A stretch of 64,000 bases of DNA from an uncultured Gemmatimonadota bacterium (GTDB taxonomy: Bacteria > Gemmatimonadota > Gemmatimonadetes > Palauibacterales > Palauibacteraceae): positions 14,983 to 78,982 of the forward strand of contig CAZDZJ010000015.1 in assembly GCA_964509895.1 (NCBI GenBank), read 5' to 3'. The notes beneath the pieces were generated by a model. That model was given only the letters and a program-made list of their open reading frames with translations. It had not been told where the DNA came from and ran no database searches. This document shows, one piece after another, positions 1 to 8,644 of this stretch; positions within the stretch are counted from its first letter, which is position 1; every line of letters starts with the position of its first letter. Position numbers and translations under genes: made by a program.

Positions 1-1252
1 CGCGCGGATGCGCGCTCCGCACCCCGCCGTCGCTCGCCGTCATCACCCACTCCGAAGCCATGAAGGTGTCGACATCGTCCTCGTTCATCGTGTGGCCGAT
101 GAGCCCGGAGCCGCCGTTCTCCATGATCCACATGTAGGCTTCGACTTCGGTCATCTCCTTGCGCCGGGCGATCTCGTCCAGCCTCAGGCCGTTCAAGTCG
201 GGCTCGGGCTCGAAGGCGACGATCTGGAGGCGGCTGCCACCCCCGGCCGCGTCGATCCCCTTCGCCACGGAGTCCGGACTCGAGAACATCCGCGAGCGCA
301 CGACGATCGCGAGCCCCGACTGCCAGGCCGCGTACGGGTACTGGTCCGCCGTCACGTCCAGCCCTTCCTCGTTCGCCTCCCGAATCCGCTCCAGCACGTC
401 GGGCGCCCTCCCCCACACGGAGGCGTTCCCCGCCTTGATGTGGGAGATCTGCACGGGAAGGCCCGCCTCGCGCCCGATCCGGATCGCCTCGTCCACCGCC
501 TCGAGGAGACCCTCCTCCTCGTCCCGCATGTGCGACATGTAGAAGCCGCCGTGGCCCGCGGCGGCCCGCGAGAGGGCGATCAGCTCGCCGGTGGAGGAGT
601 AGAAGCCGGGGTCGTATTCGAGTCCGCTCGAGAGGCCGAAGGCGCCCTCCGTCATCCCGCGCTCGACGCGCGCGGTCATGTCGGCGATCTCGGCGTCGGT
701 GGCGGTGCGCCGGTAGTCGTCGCCCAGCACCAGCCCGCGCACCGTCCCGTGTCCGACGAGCGTCGCCACGTCCACGGTGGGACGGAGGTCGTCGATCCGA
801 GCGAGGTAGTCGGAGATCGGCCACGGCGAGGAGCCATCGGCCCCCACCACGATCGTCGTGATGCCCTGCGCGAGCTGGGTCGCGGCCAGCGGCGAGTCGA
901 AGAGGCGGTTGGTTGAGTGGTTGTGGATGTCGATGAAGCCGGGGGCCAGCACGAGACCCGTCAGATCGCGCCGTTCCGTCCCCGGAGGGGCCTCGACCGA
1001 ACCCGGCGCCCCGAGCGCCGCGATCCTGCCCCCCTCGATGAGCAGGTCCCCGACGTAGCCCGGCGCGCCCGTTCCGTCGACGAGCGTCGCGTTCGCGAAC
1101 AGGATCGTGGCCGGTGCCTCCGCCGCCTCCGCGCCCGCCTGGCCGGCGACGCCGTCCGGCGCCCCGAGCGAGCCCGTGCTCCCCAGGAGGAGCGCTGTGA
1201 CGAGGCTAAGGCGGCGAGCGGGGCGAGGCCCGTGTTTCGTTCGATCAGACAT
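1..1252 (-). CDS. exported amidohydrolase family protein (N-acyl-D-amino-acid deacylase / D-aminoacylase-like); C-terminus lies beyond window start
   Basis: Manual reverse-strand translation from ATG at 1252..1250 gives signal peptide MSDRTKHGPRPARRLSLVTALLLGSTGSLGAP... followed by GFIDIHNHS (HxH metal site) and QISHIKA region typical of D-aminoacylase-type amidohydrolases. The frame stays open to coordinate 1. The track ORF 8..916(+) is its antisense shadow. Confidence 0.7.
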   Translation of the reverse strand, partial: MSDRTKHGPRPARRLSLVTALLLGSTGSLGAPDGVAGQAGAEAAEAPATILFANATLVDGTGAPGYVGDLLIEGGRIAALGAPGSVEAPPGTERRDLTGLVLAPGFIDIHNHSTNRLFDSPLAATQLAQGITTIVVGADGSSPWPISDYLARIDDLRPTVDVATLVGHGTVRGLVLGDDYRRTATDAEIADMTARVERGMTEGAFGLSSGLEYDPGFYSSTGELIALSRAAAGHGGFYMSHMRDEEEGLLEAVDEAIRIGREAGLPVQISHIKAGNASVWGRAPDVLERIREANEEGLDVTADQYPYAAWQSGLAIVVRSRMFSSPDSVAKGIDAAGGGSRLQIVAFEPEPDLNGLRLDEIARRKEMTEVEAYMWIMENGGSGLIGHTMNEDDVDTFMASEWVMTASDGGVRSAHPR

Positions 1253-1341
1253 ATCGCGTTACTTTCAGGTCTCGGTGACGACGAAGCCGGTGCGAGCCCC
1301 GAAGGGTAGGCCCGCCCCGGAAGGTCCAATAGAGGAGTACG

Positions 1342-1884
1342 ATGAGAACATACCCACGTCTTCGGCTCTGGTGCGCCGCGCTCCTGTTCGCCGTCGCACC
1401 CGCGGCGCTCGCGGCCCAGGCGGACGAGGCGCCGCTCAAGGTCGGTGTCATCGACCTGGACGCCGCCGCGTTCGGCTCGCCGGCGGGACAGGAACTCGCA
1501 CAGCAGCTGACGGATTTCCAGCAGCAGCTCGCGACCGAACTGGAGGCGCGACAGGAAGCCGTGCGCGCGATCGAGCAGCGGATCGCCGAAGCGGACAGCC
1601 TGACGGTCGACGAGCGACGGGTGCTCGAACGCGAGTATCAGGACGCGCTAACGGACTTCCAGCGCTACCAGCAGGACAAGCAGGAGGAAGCGACCGCGCT
1701 CCAGAACGAGGGGCGCGACCGGATCCGGGCGGAACTCGCGCCCGTGATCGAAGCGGTTCAGGAGGAACTGGGGTACGACCTCATCCTCAACGGGACGAGC
1801 CCGATCATCATCCTGTTCAGCGAGCGCGTCGACATCACGCAGCTCATCATCGACCGCCTGGCCGCGGACCCTGGCGGCGCTTAG
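1342..1884 (+). CDS. skp: OmpH/Skp family periplasmic chaperone
   Basis: 180 aa with signal peptide (LLFAVAPAALAAQA), then a long coiled-coil segment rich in Q/E/R with Skp-like organisation (KVGVIDLD ... LILNGTSPIIIL). Confidence 0.75.
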   Translation: MRTYPRLRLWCAALLFAVAPAALAAQADEAPLKVGVIDLDAAAFGSPAGQELAQQLTDFQQQLATELEARQEAVRAIEQRIAEADSLTVDERRVLEREYQDALTDFQRYQQDKQEEATALQNEGRDRIRAELAPVIEAVQEELGYDLILNGTSPIIILFSERVDITQLIIDRLAADPGGA

Positions 1885-2132
1885 GAAACGCGGGAATACG
1901 CCGTGAGTTCGGCCATCTTCGTGGCGATATCACGCGCTCGCTCCTCGAGGAAACGGCGGTAGCGGAAGCTCGGCGCGGCTCCCTCTCGCACCCCGGCGGC
2001 GCTTGGGGAACGCGAGTTGATACGCCGGTGACGCGAACCCCCACGCTTTGACCAGACCCGGGGAGCCCGGACCACGCACGGCGTTGATCGGCACTGCCCG
2101 CGCGCGTACCGTAACAAGGGAGGGGAACCGCG

Positions 2133-2342
2133 ATGAAGAAGCCGGCTGCGGACACGTTGTACATCATTCTCTCGATCCTGGGAATCGGGGTCGCGCTCTG
2201 GGCGTTCACCGTGCCGGAGATACGCGCGATCCACGACGAGCAGAAGGAAGTTCGCAAGGACATCTCCGCGCTCGGCGAGCGCATCGCCCGCATCGAGGGC
2301 CTCCTCGAAGGCTACACTGCCCGCTTGGGAGAGGCGGGCTGA
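2133..2342 (+). CDS. hypothetical small membrane protein (single TM helix plus coiled coil)
   Basis: 69 aa ORF preceded by strong SD (AAGGGAGGGG 8 nt upstream); TM segment LYIILSILGIGVALWAF then amphipathic helix. Confidence 0.5.
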   Translation: MKKPAADTLYIILSILGIGVALWAFTVPEIRAIHDEQKEVRKDISALGERIARIEGLLEGYTARLGEAG

Positions 2343-2390
2343 GCGGCTTCGTCGGTTCCGCGGCGAGCAGACCCCCCGCGTCCGCATAAG

Positions 2391-3194
2391 TCAGCGGCGG
2401 GAACTCAGCAGATCCAGTACGTCGGCCCGTGCGGGCACGTCGTTGCCACCCTCCAGGAACGGGCGGATGTCGGCCTCAACGGCCTTCCACTCCACGCCCG
2501 CGATCCTAGCCGCGACCGTCTCGCGCCACGTGTCCTTCGTTAGCGCCATCGCCGCGGGTTCGGTCTGGCGGCGCGCGGCGTTCAGCAGATCCAGATTCGG
2601 GGGCGGCCACCCGGGATCGCTCAGATACCAGGCGAGATCGTAGATGTCCCTCCCCTTCATCCAGGGCCGGTGGAGCACCGCATGCAGTTTGCCCGCCAGG
2701 AGCGACGCCGGGTCGTGGTGATGGATGCGCAGTGACACGTGTCGCCTCACGAGGCGAGTTTCGGTCACCGCCCCCGCTGGCGGGCGGGTGTCGACCTCGA
2801 GCTTGATCCGGAGCGGTTCGTCGCGGTGGCTCGACAGACCGAACTCGTGCGGGAGCCCCCCGAAACGGAGCCATCCGGCGTGGACGGTACCGGCGTCGCG
2901 CAGCGAAGCGACCGCGTCGTAGCCCTCTCGCCGGAATTGCCCGGTGATGGATGTCAGCCAGCGTCGCGGATCGTAGCTCTCGCGTGGTCCCTCGAGAGCA
3001 AAATCGAGATCCTCGGAGTATCTCGGCAGCCTGTACAGGAAGCGCAGAGCCGTCCCGCCCTGGAACGCCAGCGGCGACAGGGCGCCGACCCTCTGCAGGC
3101 CCTCGAGGATTCGAGCCTGAAGGTACTCCCGCATCGCGTTGCGTCCGGCGTGCGGATCGAGATCCCGGATCAGTTCCCGGAGATGGTCCTTCAC
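2391..3194 (-). CDS. abiEii: nucleotidyltransferase AbiEii/AbiGii toxin family protein (type IV TA / abortive infection)
   Basis: Region HVKDHLRELIRDL...QGGTALRFLYRLPRYSEDLDFAL matches the DUF1814/AbiEii NTase motif. The likely start is a GTG at 3194 overlapping the TGA stop of the upstream AbiEi gene (cacGTGAagg). The track ORF 2391..3725 carries a spurious Arg-rich N-terminal extension. Confidence 0.75.
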   Translation of the reverse strand: MKDHLRELIRDLDPHAGRNAMREYLQARILEGLQRVGALSPLAFQGGTALRFLYRLPRYSEDLDFALEGPRESYDPRRWLTSITGQFRREGYDAVASLRDAGTVHAGWLRFGGLPHEFGLSSHRDEPLRIKLEVDTRPPAGAVTETRLVRRHVSLRIHHHDPASLLAGKLHAVLHRPWMKGRDIYDLAWYLSDPGWPPPNLDLLNAARRQTEPAAMALTKDTWRETVAARIAGVEWKAVEADIRPFLEGGNDVPARADVLDLLSSRR

Positions 3195-3838
3195 GTGACG
3201 GGCAGGGGTTCGTACGCCGAAGCGGGATCGCTTGCACGGCGGATGACGTGGGCCGCGGCGCGGACCAGCTTCGGACTCCCCGTAGCGGCCGCCGCAGCTC
3301 GCAGGCGCGCGGGCGAGAGTTCCGCGAAATCCAGACGCAACTCGTCGATCCAGGCCGGGGCATCGCCGCCCGGCTGCAGGTGCGCGAGGTCGAGGAAGGC
3401 CTTCTCGGGGCGGGCGACGAACGCGCTCTGTCCTTCGAGCAGACCCACAAGTCGATAGCCGGTCCGCAGCGTCGGCTTGACGTAGCGGAAGGAGAACCGC
3501 CCCAGCGGCGTCGCCCGCACGTGGGGACGCGCGGGGCCGCAACTGGTGACCTCCGGGACGTATTCCGGGATCGCGTTCGCGAAGGCGAGCGCCGAGAGCC
3601 CGCTCACGTACGACCCGGGCGAGAGCCGGTTGGCGACGAGGAAGGGATGCGGAATCACCTTCCGGTACGGCGGCGCCAACGCGAACAATCCGCGCCGGAG
3701 CCGCAGTAGCTTGCCGCCCGCACACCAGCGGCTGAGCTGCGCCCCCAGACCCGGCTCCGGGGCTCGTCCGCTGCGGAGGAACCCGGTCTCGAACACGGGC
3801 TCATCCGCGACGATTTCCAGCAACTCCGCAAATTTCAT
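3191..3838 (-). CDS. abiEi: AbiEi antitoxin family transcriptional regulator (winged HTH N-terminus)
   Basis: 215 aa; N-terminus MKFAELLEIVADEPVFETGFL is typical of AbiEi/COG5340 antitoxins; sits immediately upstream of and overlapping AbiEii; AT-rich promoter with an 8-bp inverted repeat upstream. Confidence 0.7.
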   Translation of the reverse strand: MKFAELLEIVADEPVFETGFLRSGRAPEPGLGAQLSRWCAGGKLLRLRRGLFALAPPYRKVIPHPFLVANRLSPGSYVSGLSALAFANAIPEYVPEVTSCGPARPHVRATPLGRFSFRYVKPTLRTGYRLVGLLEGQSAFVARPEKAFLDLAHLQPGGDAPAWIDELRLDFAELSPARLRAAAAATGSPKLVRAAAHVIRRASDPASAYEPLPVT

Positions 3839-3865
3839 GCAAAAAACGTGCTGTAATCGGCAAGT

Positions 3866-3887
3866 AAACGCAATGATTCTTGCGTTT
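3866..3887 (-). promoter_or_regulatory. inverted repeat AAACGCAA-N6-TTGCGTTT in AT-rich abiEi promoter region (candidate AbiEi operator)
   Basis: Perfect 8-bp inverted repeat 21-49 nt upstream of the abiEi start codon; local AT-richness contrasts with ~70% GC surroundings. Confidence 0.4.
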
Positions 3888-3922
3888 CGGTTCGTCTGGA
3901 AGCTGGAAGAACGCCGAATCCC

Positions 3923-5437
3923 CTACCGGGGGAGCGGGCGGGTGAGCTTGATGAAGAGCAGGTTCCGGACCCGGCCGCCGCCCACGCGCATCGCGGAGAC
4001 GGAGCCGTCCGGCATCCGCTCGAACCGCACCTCGCGCATGAACCAGCGGTCCGTGGCGAATTCGTCCCGGGTGCGCGGCTCGAGGGCGATGTCGCCGTGG
4101 CGGACGTGGCGGGCGACAAGCCCGCCCTCGGTTGCCGCCAGGTGGTACAGCGCGTCGACCTCCGCGCTGTAGTAGCTGCCCGCGTATCCGGCCAGCGTCG
4201 CCGCGTCCGGCGCCCAGGGCGGCACTGAATCGGCGGCGGCGGACGGGCCGTCTTCCTCGTCCGGCGCCTCCTTCGGGAAGGTGTCGGCGAGGACGATCTC
4301 CGCCACCTGACGCGCCCGTCCGCCCGGATTCCCGTTGGCGACGTTCGTGAGGACGACGACCCCGACATCCGCCTCGGGATACCAGATCGCCTGCGTTCGG
4401 AACCCGGCGTCCGCGCCGCCATGCCCGATGGTGCGCAATCCCCGGTGCTCGCCGACGCTCAGGCCGTGCGCGTACGGGATCGTGTCCCCGCTGTTCAGGA
4501 TCCCGCGCGTCTTCATCATCTCCATCACCTGCGGGCCGCCGACGGTTTCGTGGCGGAAATTGTCCAGCCAGCGCGCGAGGTCGTCCGCCGTCGTAAAGAG
4601 GCTCGTCGCTCCCGCATTCGCGTAACTCAGGACGGCTTTCGTGAACTCCGGTCCCGTTTCGCGGGCGCCTTCCGCTCCTCCGCCGTCCTCCTCTTCGGCG
4701 TCCTCGTCTGTCGGGCCCGGCCGGTAGGAGTAGGCGCGATCGGGGACCACGTGTTCGTGGTCGTCGTGGAAGTGCGTCCGATCCATGCCGAGCGGCCCGA
4801 AGATCCTCGTGGCGGTGAACTCGGGGAAGGACATGCCGCTGACCGTGGCCGCGGTCTCGGCGAGGAGGGTGTAGCCCATGTTCGAGTACAGGTACTCGGC
4901 GCCGGGCACGAAGTTGAGTTCGCGCTGGCGCGACATGAGGCGGAGGATCTGCTTGGTCGTGATCACGTCGTCGAGGCGCCAGCCGGAGATCCCGAGCAAC
5001 TGCCACTGGTCCCGGATCCCGCTCGTGTGATGGATCATCTGCCGGACGGTGACTGGATGCTCGAATTCGGGGACGAAACCGAGGTGCGCCTGCACGGGGT
5101 CGTCCAGCGACAGCGCCCCCTCGGCCGCGAGCATGGTCACGGCCATGGCGGTGAACTGCTTCGACACCGACGCGACGTGGAACACGGTGCGCGGCGTCAC
5201 GGGCACGGCGTGCTCGATCTGCGCGAAGCCGTAGCCTCGCGAGTGAATGATCTGCCCATCCCGGATGACCGACACGGCAGCGCCCGGCGAGCCCGGGCGG
5301 TCCAGATCTGCGAACACTGCGTCGATCTCGCGCCCGAACTCCGAAGGCGAGGGTGGGCTTCCGGCGCCTCCGCACCCGGCGAGGAGGGCGATGGCGCCCA
5401 GGCTGGCAGTGAGGCCGCGGGTGCGGTCCGCCCTCAT
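3923..5437 (-). CDS. serine hydrolase, class C beta-lactamase/PBP4*-like lipoprotein
   Basis: 504 aa; lipobox LLAGC; SxxK active-site motif (ASVSKQF); beta-lactamase fold-like conservation (YSN motif LYSNMGY). Confidence 0.8.
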   Translation of the reverse strand: MRADRTRGLTASLGAIALLAGCGGAGSPPSPSEFGREIDAVFADLDRPGSPGAAVSVIRDGQIIHSRGYGFAQIEHAVPVTPRTVFHVASVSKQFTAMAVTMLAAEGALSLDDPVQAHLGFVPEFEHPVTVRQMIHHTSGIRDQWQLLGISGWRLDDVITTKQILRLMSRQRELNFVPGAEYLYSNMGYTLLAETAATVSGMSFPEFTATRIFGPLGMDRTHFHDDHEHVVPDRAYSYRPGPTDEDAEEEDGGGAEGARETGPEFTKAVLSYANAGATSLFTTADDLARWLDNFRHETVGGPQVMEMMKTRGILNSGDTIPYAHGLSVGEHRGLRTIGHGGADAGFRTQAIWYPEADVGVVVLTNVANGNPGGRARQVAEIVLADTFPKEAPDEEDGPSAAADSVPPWAPDAATLAGYAGSYYSAEVDALYHLAATEGGLVARHVRHGDIALEPRTRDEFATDRWFMREVRFERMPDGSVSAMRVGGGRVRNLLFIKLTRPLPR

Positions 5438-5465
5438 GTCTCGCGAACGCCGGCGCCGGGTCCGA

Positions 5466-5999
5466 TCACGGGTCGTGGAGTTCGACCAGCATTTCGATCT
5501 CCACGGACTGGTCGCGGGGGAGCGAGGCCATGCCCACAGCCGCGCGCGCGTGCTTCGAGACCGCAGGGCCGAACACCTGCTCCATGAGGTCCGAACAGCC
5601 GTTGATGACCTGAGAGTGCTGCGTGAACTCGGGCGGCGTGTTCACCATGCCGAACACGCGCACGATGCGCTTCACACGCGAAAGGTCGCCGATCTCGCGG
5701 GCGAGGGATGCGAGGAGGCAGACGCCGACCCAGCGCGCGATCGCGTAGCCCTCTTCCACCGTGTGGTCGACGCCGACCTTCCCGGTGTTCGTCTCGTCCA
5801 GGCCGCCGCACGGTCCGTGACCGGCGAGAAAGACGAGATTCCCGGTCGTCACCGCCTTGACGAAGTTGGCCGTAGGAGCGTCCGGGGTCGGGAGTTCGAT
5901 CCCGAGTTCGGCAAGACGCTCCTCGGGCGTCTGAGCCGTGGCGCCGGGGACCAGCGGCAGAAGAGCGAGGACCCCCGCGAGAAGGCCCGCGATCCTCAC
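5466..5999 (-). CDS. RidA/YjgF family protein with N-terminal signal peptide
   Basis: C-terminal 130 aa (FVKAVTTGNLVFLAGHGP ... ARAAVGMASLPRDQSVEIEMLVELHD) is RidA-like; proposed GTG start (VRIAGLLAGVLALLPLVPGATAQ) overlaps TGA of upstream CoxS-like gene (gcGTGAgga). Confidence 0.65.
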   Translation of the reverse strand: MRIAGLLAGVLALLPLVPGATAQTPEERLAELGIELPTPDAPTANFVKAVTTGNLVFLAGHGPCGGLDETNTGKVGVDHTVEEGYAIARWVGVCLLASLAREIGDLSRVKRIVRVFGMVNTPPEFTQHSQVINGCSDLMEQVFGPAVSKHARAAVGMASLPRDQSVEIEMLVELHDP

Positions 6000-6520
6000 G
6001 CGCCCCCCTCGGGACCGCGCCGCCGGGAGACGATCTCCTCGGGGGTGGCCCCGGTGCGGATCGCTTCGGCCGCGATGTCCACGGCCTCGAAGATCTTCGT
6101 GTAGCCCGTACACCGGCAGAGATTGCCGGACAGCGCGTGTGCGATGTCCTCGCGCGCGGGGTCCGGCTCCCGCGTCAGCAGTCCGTGGGCTGAGCATAGA
6201 ATGCCCGGCGTGCAGAAGCCGCATTGCGCCCCTCCCGTCAGATCGAAGGCGTCCTGGAGCGGGTGGGGGCCGGACGCATCCGCCAGGCCCTCGACCGTCG
6301 TGATCTCGTGACCCGCGGCTTCGTGCACCGGCATGATGCACGAGAGGACGGCCTCGCCATCCCGGAGCACCGTGCACGCCCCGCAGTCACCCTTGTCGCA
6401 CCCCTGCTTCGATCCGGTGAGCCCGAGCCCGTAGCGGAGGGTCTCGAGCAGGGTGTAATGAGACGGGACTCCGACGCGGCGCCGGTCTCCGTTCACCCGC
6501 AGTTCGACGACCGTATGCAT
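5996..6520 (-). CDS. (2Fe-2S)-binding protein, CoxS/XdhC-small-subunit family
   Basis: Start at internal ATG (MHTVVELRVNG); two cluster motifs: CDKGDCGACTV (plant-ferredoxin-like) and CGFCTPG ... CRCTGY. Length is typical at ~174 aa; the track ORF 5996..6970 has a spurious N-terminal extension. Confidence 0.8.
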   Translation of the reverse strand: MHTVVELRVNGDRRRVGVPSHYTLLETLRYGLGLTGSKQGCDKGDCGACTVLRDGEAVLSCIMPVHEAAGHEITTVEGLADASGPHPLQDAFDLTGGAQCGFCTPGILCSAHGLLTREPDPAREDIAHALSGNLCRCTGYTKIFEAVDIAAEAIRTGATPEEIVSRRRGPEGGA

Positions 6521-6679
6521 GCAGCGCAAGTTGTCCGGGGGACTCCCCGGCGGCAACCGAAGCGGGGCGCCTCGTGCGGAACATGTGACGGAAGCCGCAT
6601 CTTCGGTCGTCTGGTGGAGAGACTGCGTGTCGGGAGGGAGTCGCCCCCCCGGGGAACACCGCCACTTGAGGGTACACCG

Positions 6680-8106
6680 ATGCATCGCCTGACCGGACGA
6701 AGCCCATTCTCGATCCTCCTCCCCGTTGCGGGGCTGTGCGCGCTCGACCCCGGGCTCGCGGGGGCCCAGGACGTTCCGCTCGACCGCTGGCTGGTCACGA
6801 CCGTCGCGCATGCGCCGGGGGAGAACCCGCTTCCCGTGGCGGGGCCGGAACGATTCCCGGACCGCAACCTCGAGACGGACGCCGGCGCCTGGACGCTCCT
6901 TCGCCGGGATGGACAGGTGTCGCTGGACCTGGCGGAGTTCACCCAAGCCGGGCGGGCGACGCTCGCCCACGCGTACCTGAAGTCGCCGTCCGACGCGGAC
7001 GTGCGGCTCGAACTCGGCGCAGCGTCGTGCGCTCGACTCGAGGCCTGGGTGAACGCGCAGTACGTCGCGGACGCGGGAAGCGGACGCGAGGTGCGGCTGG
7101 CGGCCGGGTGGAACACGCTCCTCGTCGTGGTCGATGGCGAACCCGGCTGCGAGCGCTCGCTCTCGGCGCGCCTCTCGGCGGAAACGGGCCCGAACGTGAG
7201 GACGGGCCGCGGCGACCGCCCCGCGTCACGGGACTTGTCTGGCACCCGGACGAGGATGACCTGCAGGCCGTTATCGGCTATGACCTCGCGAGCTGGGGTC
7301 GCGGGGCCGGTCCGGGCACGGCCGGAGCGGATGCGCCGGGGATACAGCGTCCGGACGCCCCGCTGCGAAACCCGTTCGATGTGCCGCGGCGAAGGGATAC
7401 TCCCCCGGACGAGACGGGCGATACCGGTGAAGATGAGGACGAGACCGGTCCCACCGACCCGGATGGGCAACGCGCGGGGATGGTTGCGCGGCTGCTGGGC
7501 CGCCCGGAACCCGGCGAACCGGCGCCGCGGGGAGGTTCCGTGGATCTGCGCCTGGCGGGCGAGTCGTTCATCGCCGCGTCCAATGAACTCGAGCCGGGCG
7601 TGCCCGTCCCCTTCGAGGGCGTTCTGCCGTTCAGAAAGCTCCGCGATGCGGCCCTGCGAGACGACGGGATGAAGGCGGAGTTCCGCTGGGACGGCGGTGA
7701 GGGAGGGGGCGAGGGGGAGGGTCGCATGCCTGCGGCCCCGCTGCTTCGGGCACTTCATGGAGAGCTGGAGCTGGCCCTCGCTCGCGGGGGGGATGGCGTG
7801 TGGCGCGGCAGAATGCGGATTCCCGACGCGCTGGCCGGTTTCACGCTCCGCGGCGTGGACGGTGCGTGGACCATCGATGGAGCCGCGGTCGAGGACGGCC
7901 TTCTGTGCAGCCCCTGCGAGCGAGGCCGGCGGCTGGAGGTCGAGTTCCGCGCGGGTGCCGGGTCCGTCGGAGAAGCGGAGCCGCGGGCGCGCATCGCGGA
8001 CCCGGGCCTCCCGGACCTTGCGGAGGCCGGCTCACCGTCGGCGATCGAACTGCTGAGGGCGCTGGAAGGTGACAACCGCCGCTACCGCGCACTCATCGGA
8101 CGCTAG
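6680..8106 (+). pseudogene. exported hypothetical protein, apparently frameshifted near 7200-7235 (authentic pseudogene or assembly indel)
   Basis: Protein-like N-terminal half with signal peptide (MHRLTGRSPFSILLPVAGLCALDPGLAGAQ) reads in the frame of ORF 6224..7672 up to ~...LSAETGPN, then becomes Arg/Cys-rich junk. Protein-like sequence continues in the frame of ORF 6736..8106 from ~VTGLVWHPDEDDLQAVIGYDL to stop at 8106. Confidence 0.45.
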
Positions 8107-8127
8107 TGTAGACGGACGCGGTGCAGA

Positions 8128-8643
8128 CTAGTGCGCCGGATCCTCTTCTTCGGACGGTCCCGCCGGCTCCGGCTGGACCGGCGGCGCGGGCTCCGTCGTG
8201 GGCGGGGCGATCACGGGCTCCGGGGACGGCCCGGGGCCGAAGGTCGGACGCGAGGAGTCCGTCGACCACGGATCGATGAACTCCTGAGCCGGATCCACCT
8301 CGTCGCGGGGCGTGGGCGGTTCCTGTTCCTCGTCTTCTTCCCCCTCGGAGGGAGCCGCGTCCGCTCCGGCCGCGTCGGCTCCGCTTCCGGCGGCGACCGC
8401 GGTGCCCGCGATCGTCGCGTTGCTTGCCGGCGCGGGCTTCGTCGGAGCGGCCGGAGCCTGCCATTTGGTTTCCCGGCCGGCGGCCTCGAGCTCGCGCTGG
8501 ATCTCGTTCATCCCCTTCCGGAACTCGCGGATCCCCTTGCCGACCATACGGGTGATCTCCGGCAGGCGACGGGGTCCGAACACGATGAGAACCAGCATCG
8601 CGATGAGGATCATCTCGCTGACGCCGAAGTCGTTCAGAGGCAT
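8128..8643 (-). CDS. tatA: twin-arginine translocase TatA/TatB family subunit
   Basis: N-terminal TM helix and hinge-amphipathic region MILIAMLVLIVFGPRRLPEITRMVGKGIREFRKGMNE is the TatA/B signature; acidic/Pro-rich C-terminal tail. Confidence 0.75.
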   Translation of the reverse strand: MPLNDFGVSEMILIAMLVLIVFGPRRLPEITRMVGKGIREFRKGMNEIQRELEAAGRETKWQAPAAPTKPAPASNATIAGTAVAAGSGADAAGADAAPSEGEEDEEQEPPTPRDEVDPAQEFIDPWSTDSSRPTFGPGPSPEPVIAPPTTEPAPPVQPEPAGPSEEEDPAH

Positions 8644-8644
8644 T

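Noticed and set aside
8-916. 302-aa + strand ORF at window start
   Set aside because: His/Arg/Pro/Val-rich composition typical of antisense translation in high-GC DNA; the opposite strand encodes a clean amidohydrolase with signal peptide
6493-7758. 421-aa minus-strand ORF and the N-terminal parts of ORFs 6224..7672 / 6736..8106
   Set aside because: Arg/Ser/Pro-rich low-complexity translation; protein-like signal appears only in the segments assigned to the frameshifted exported-protein gene
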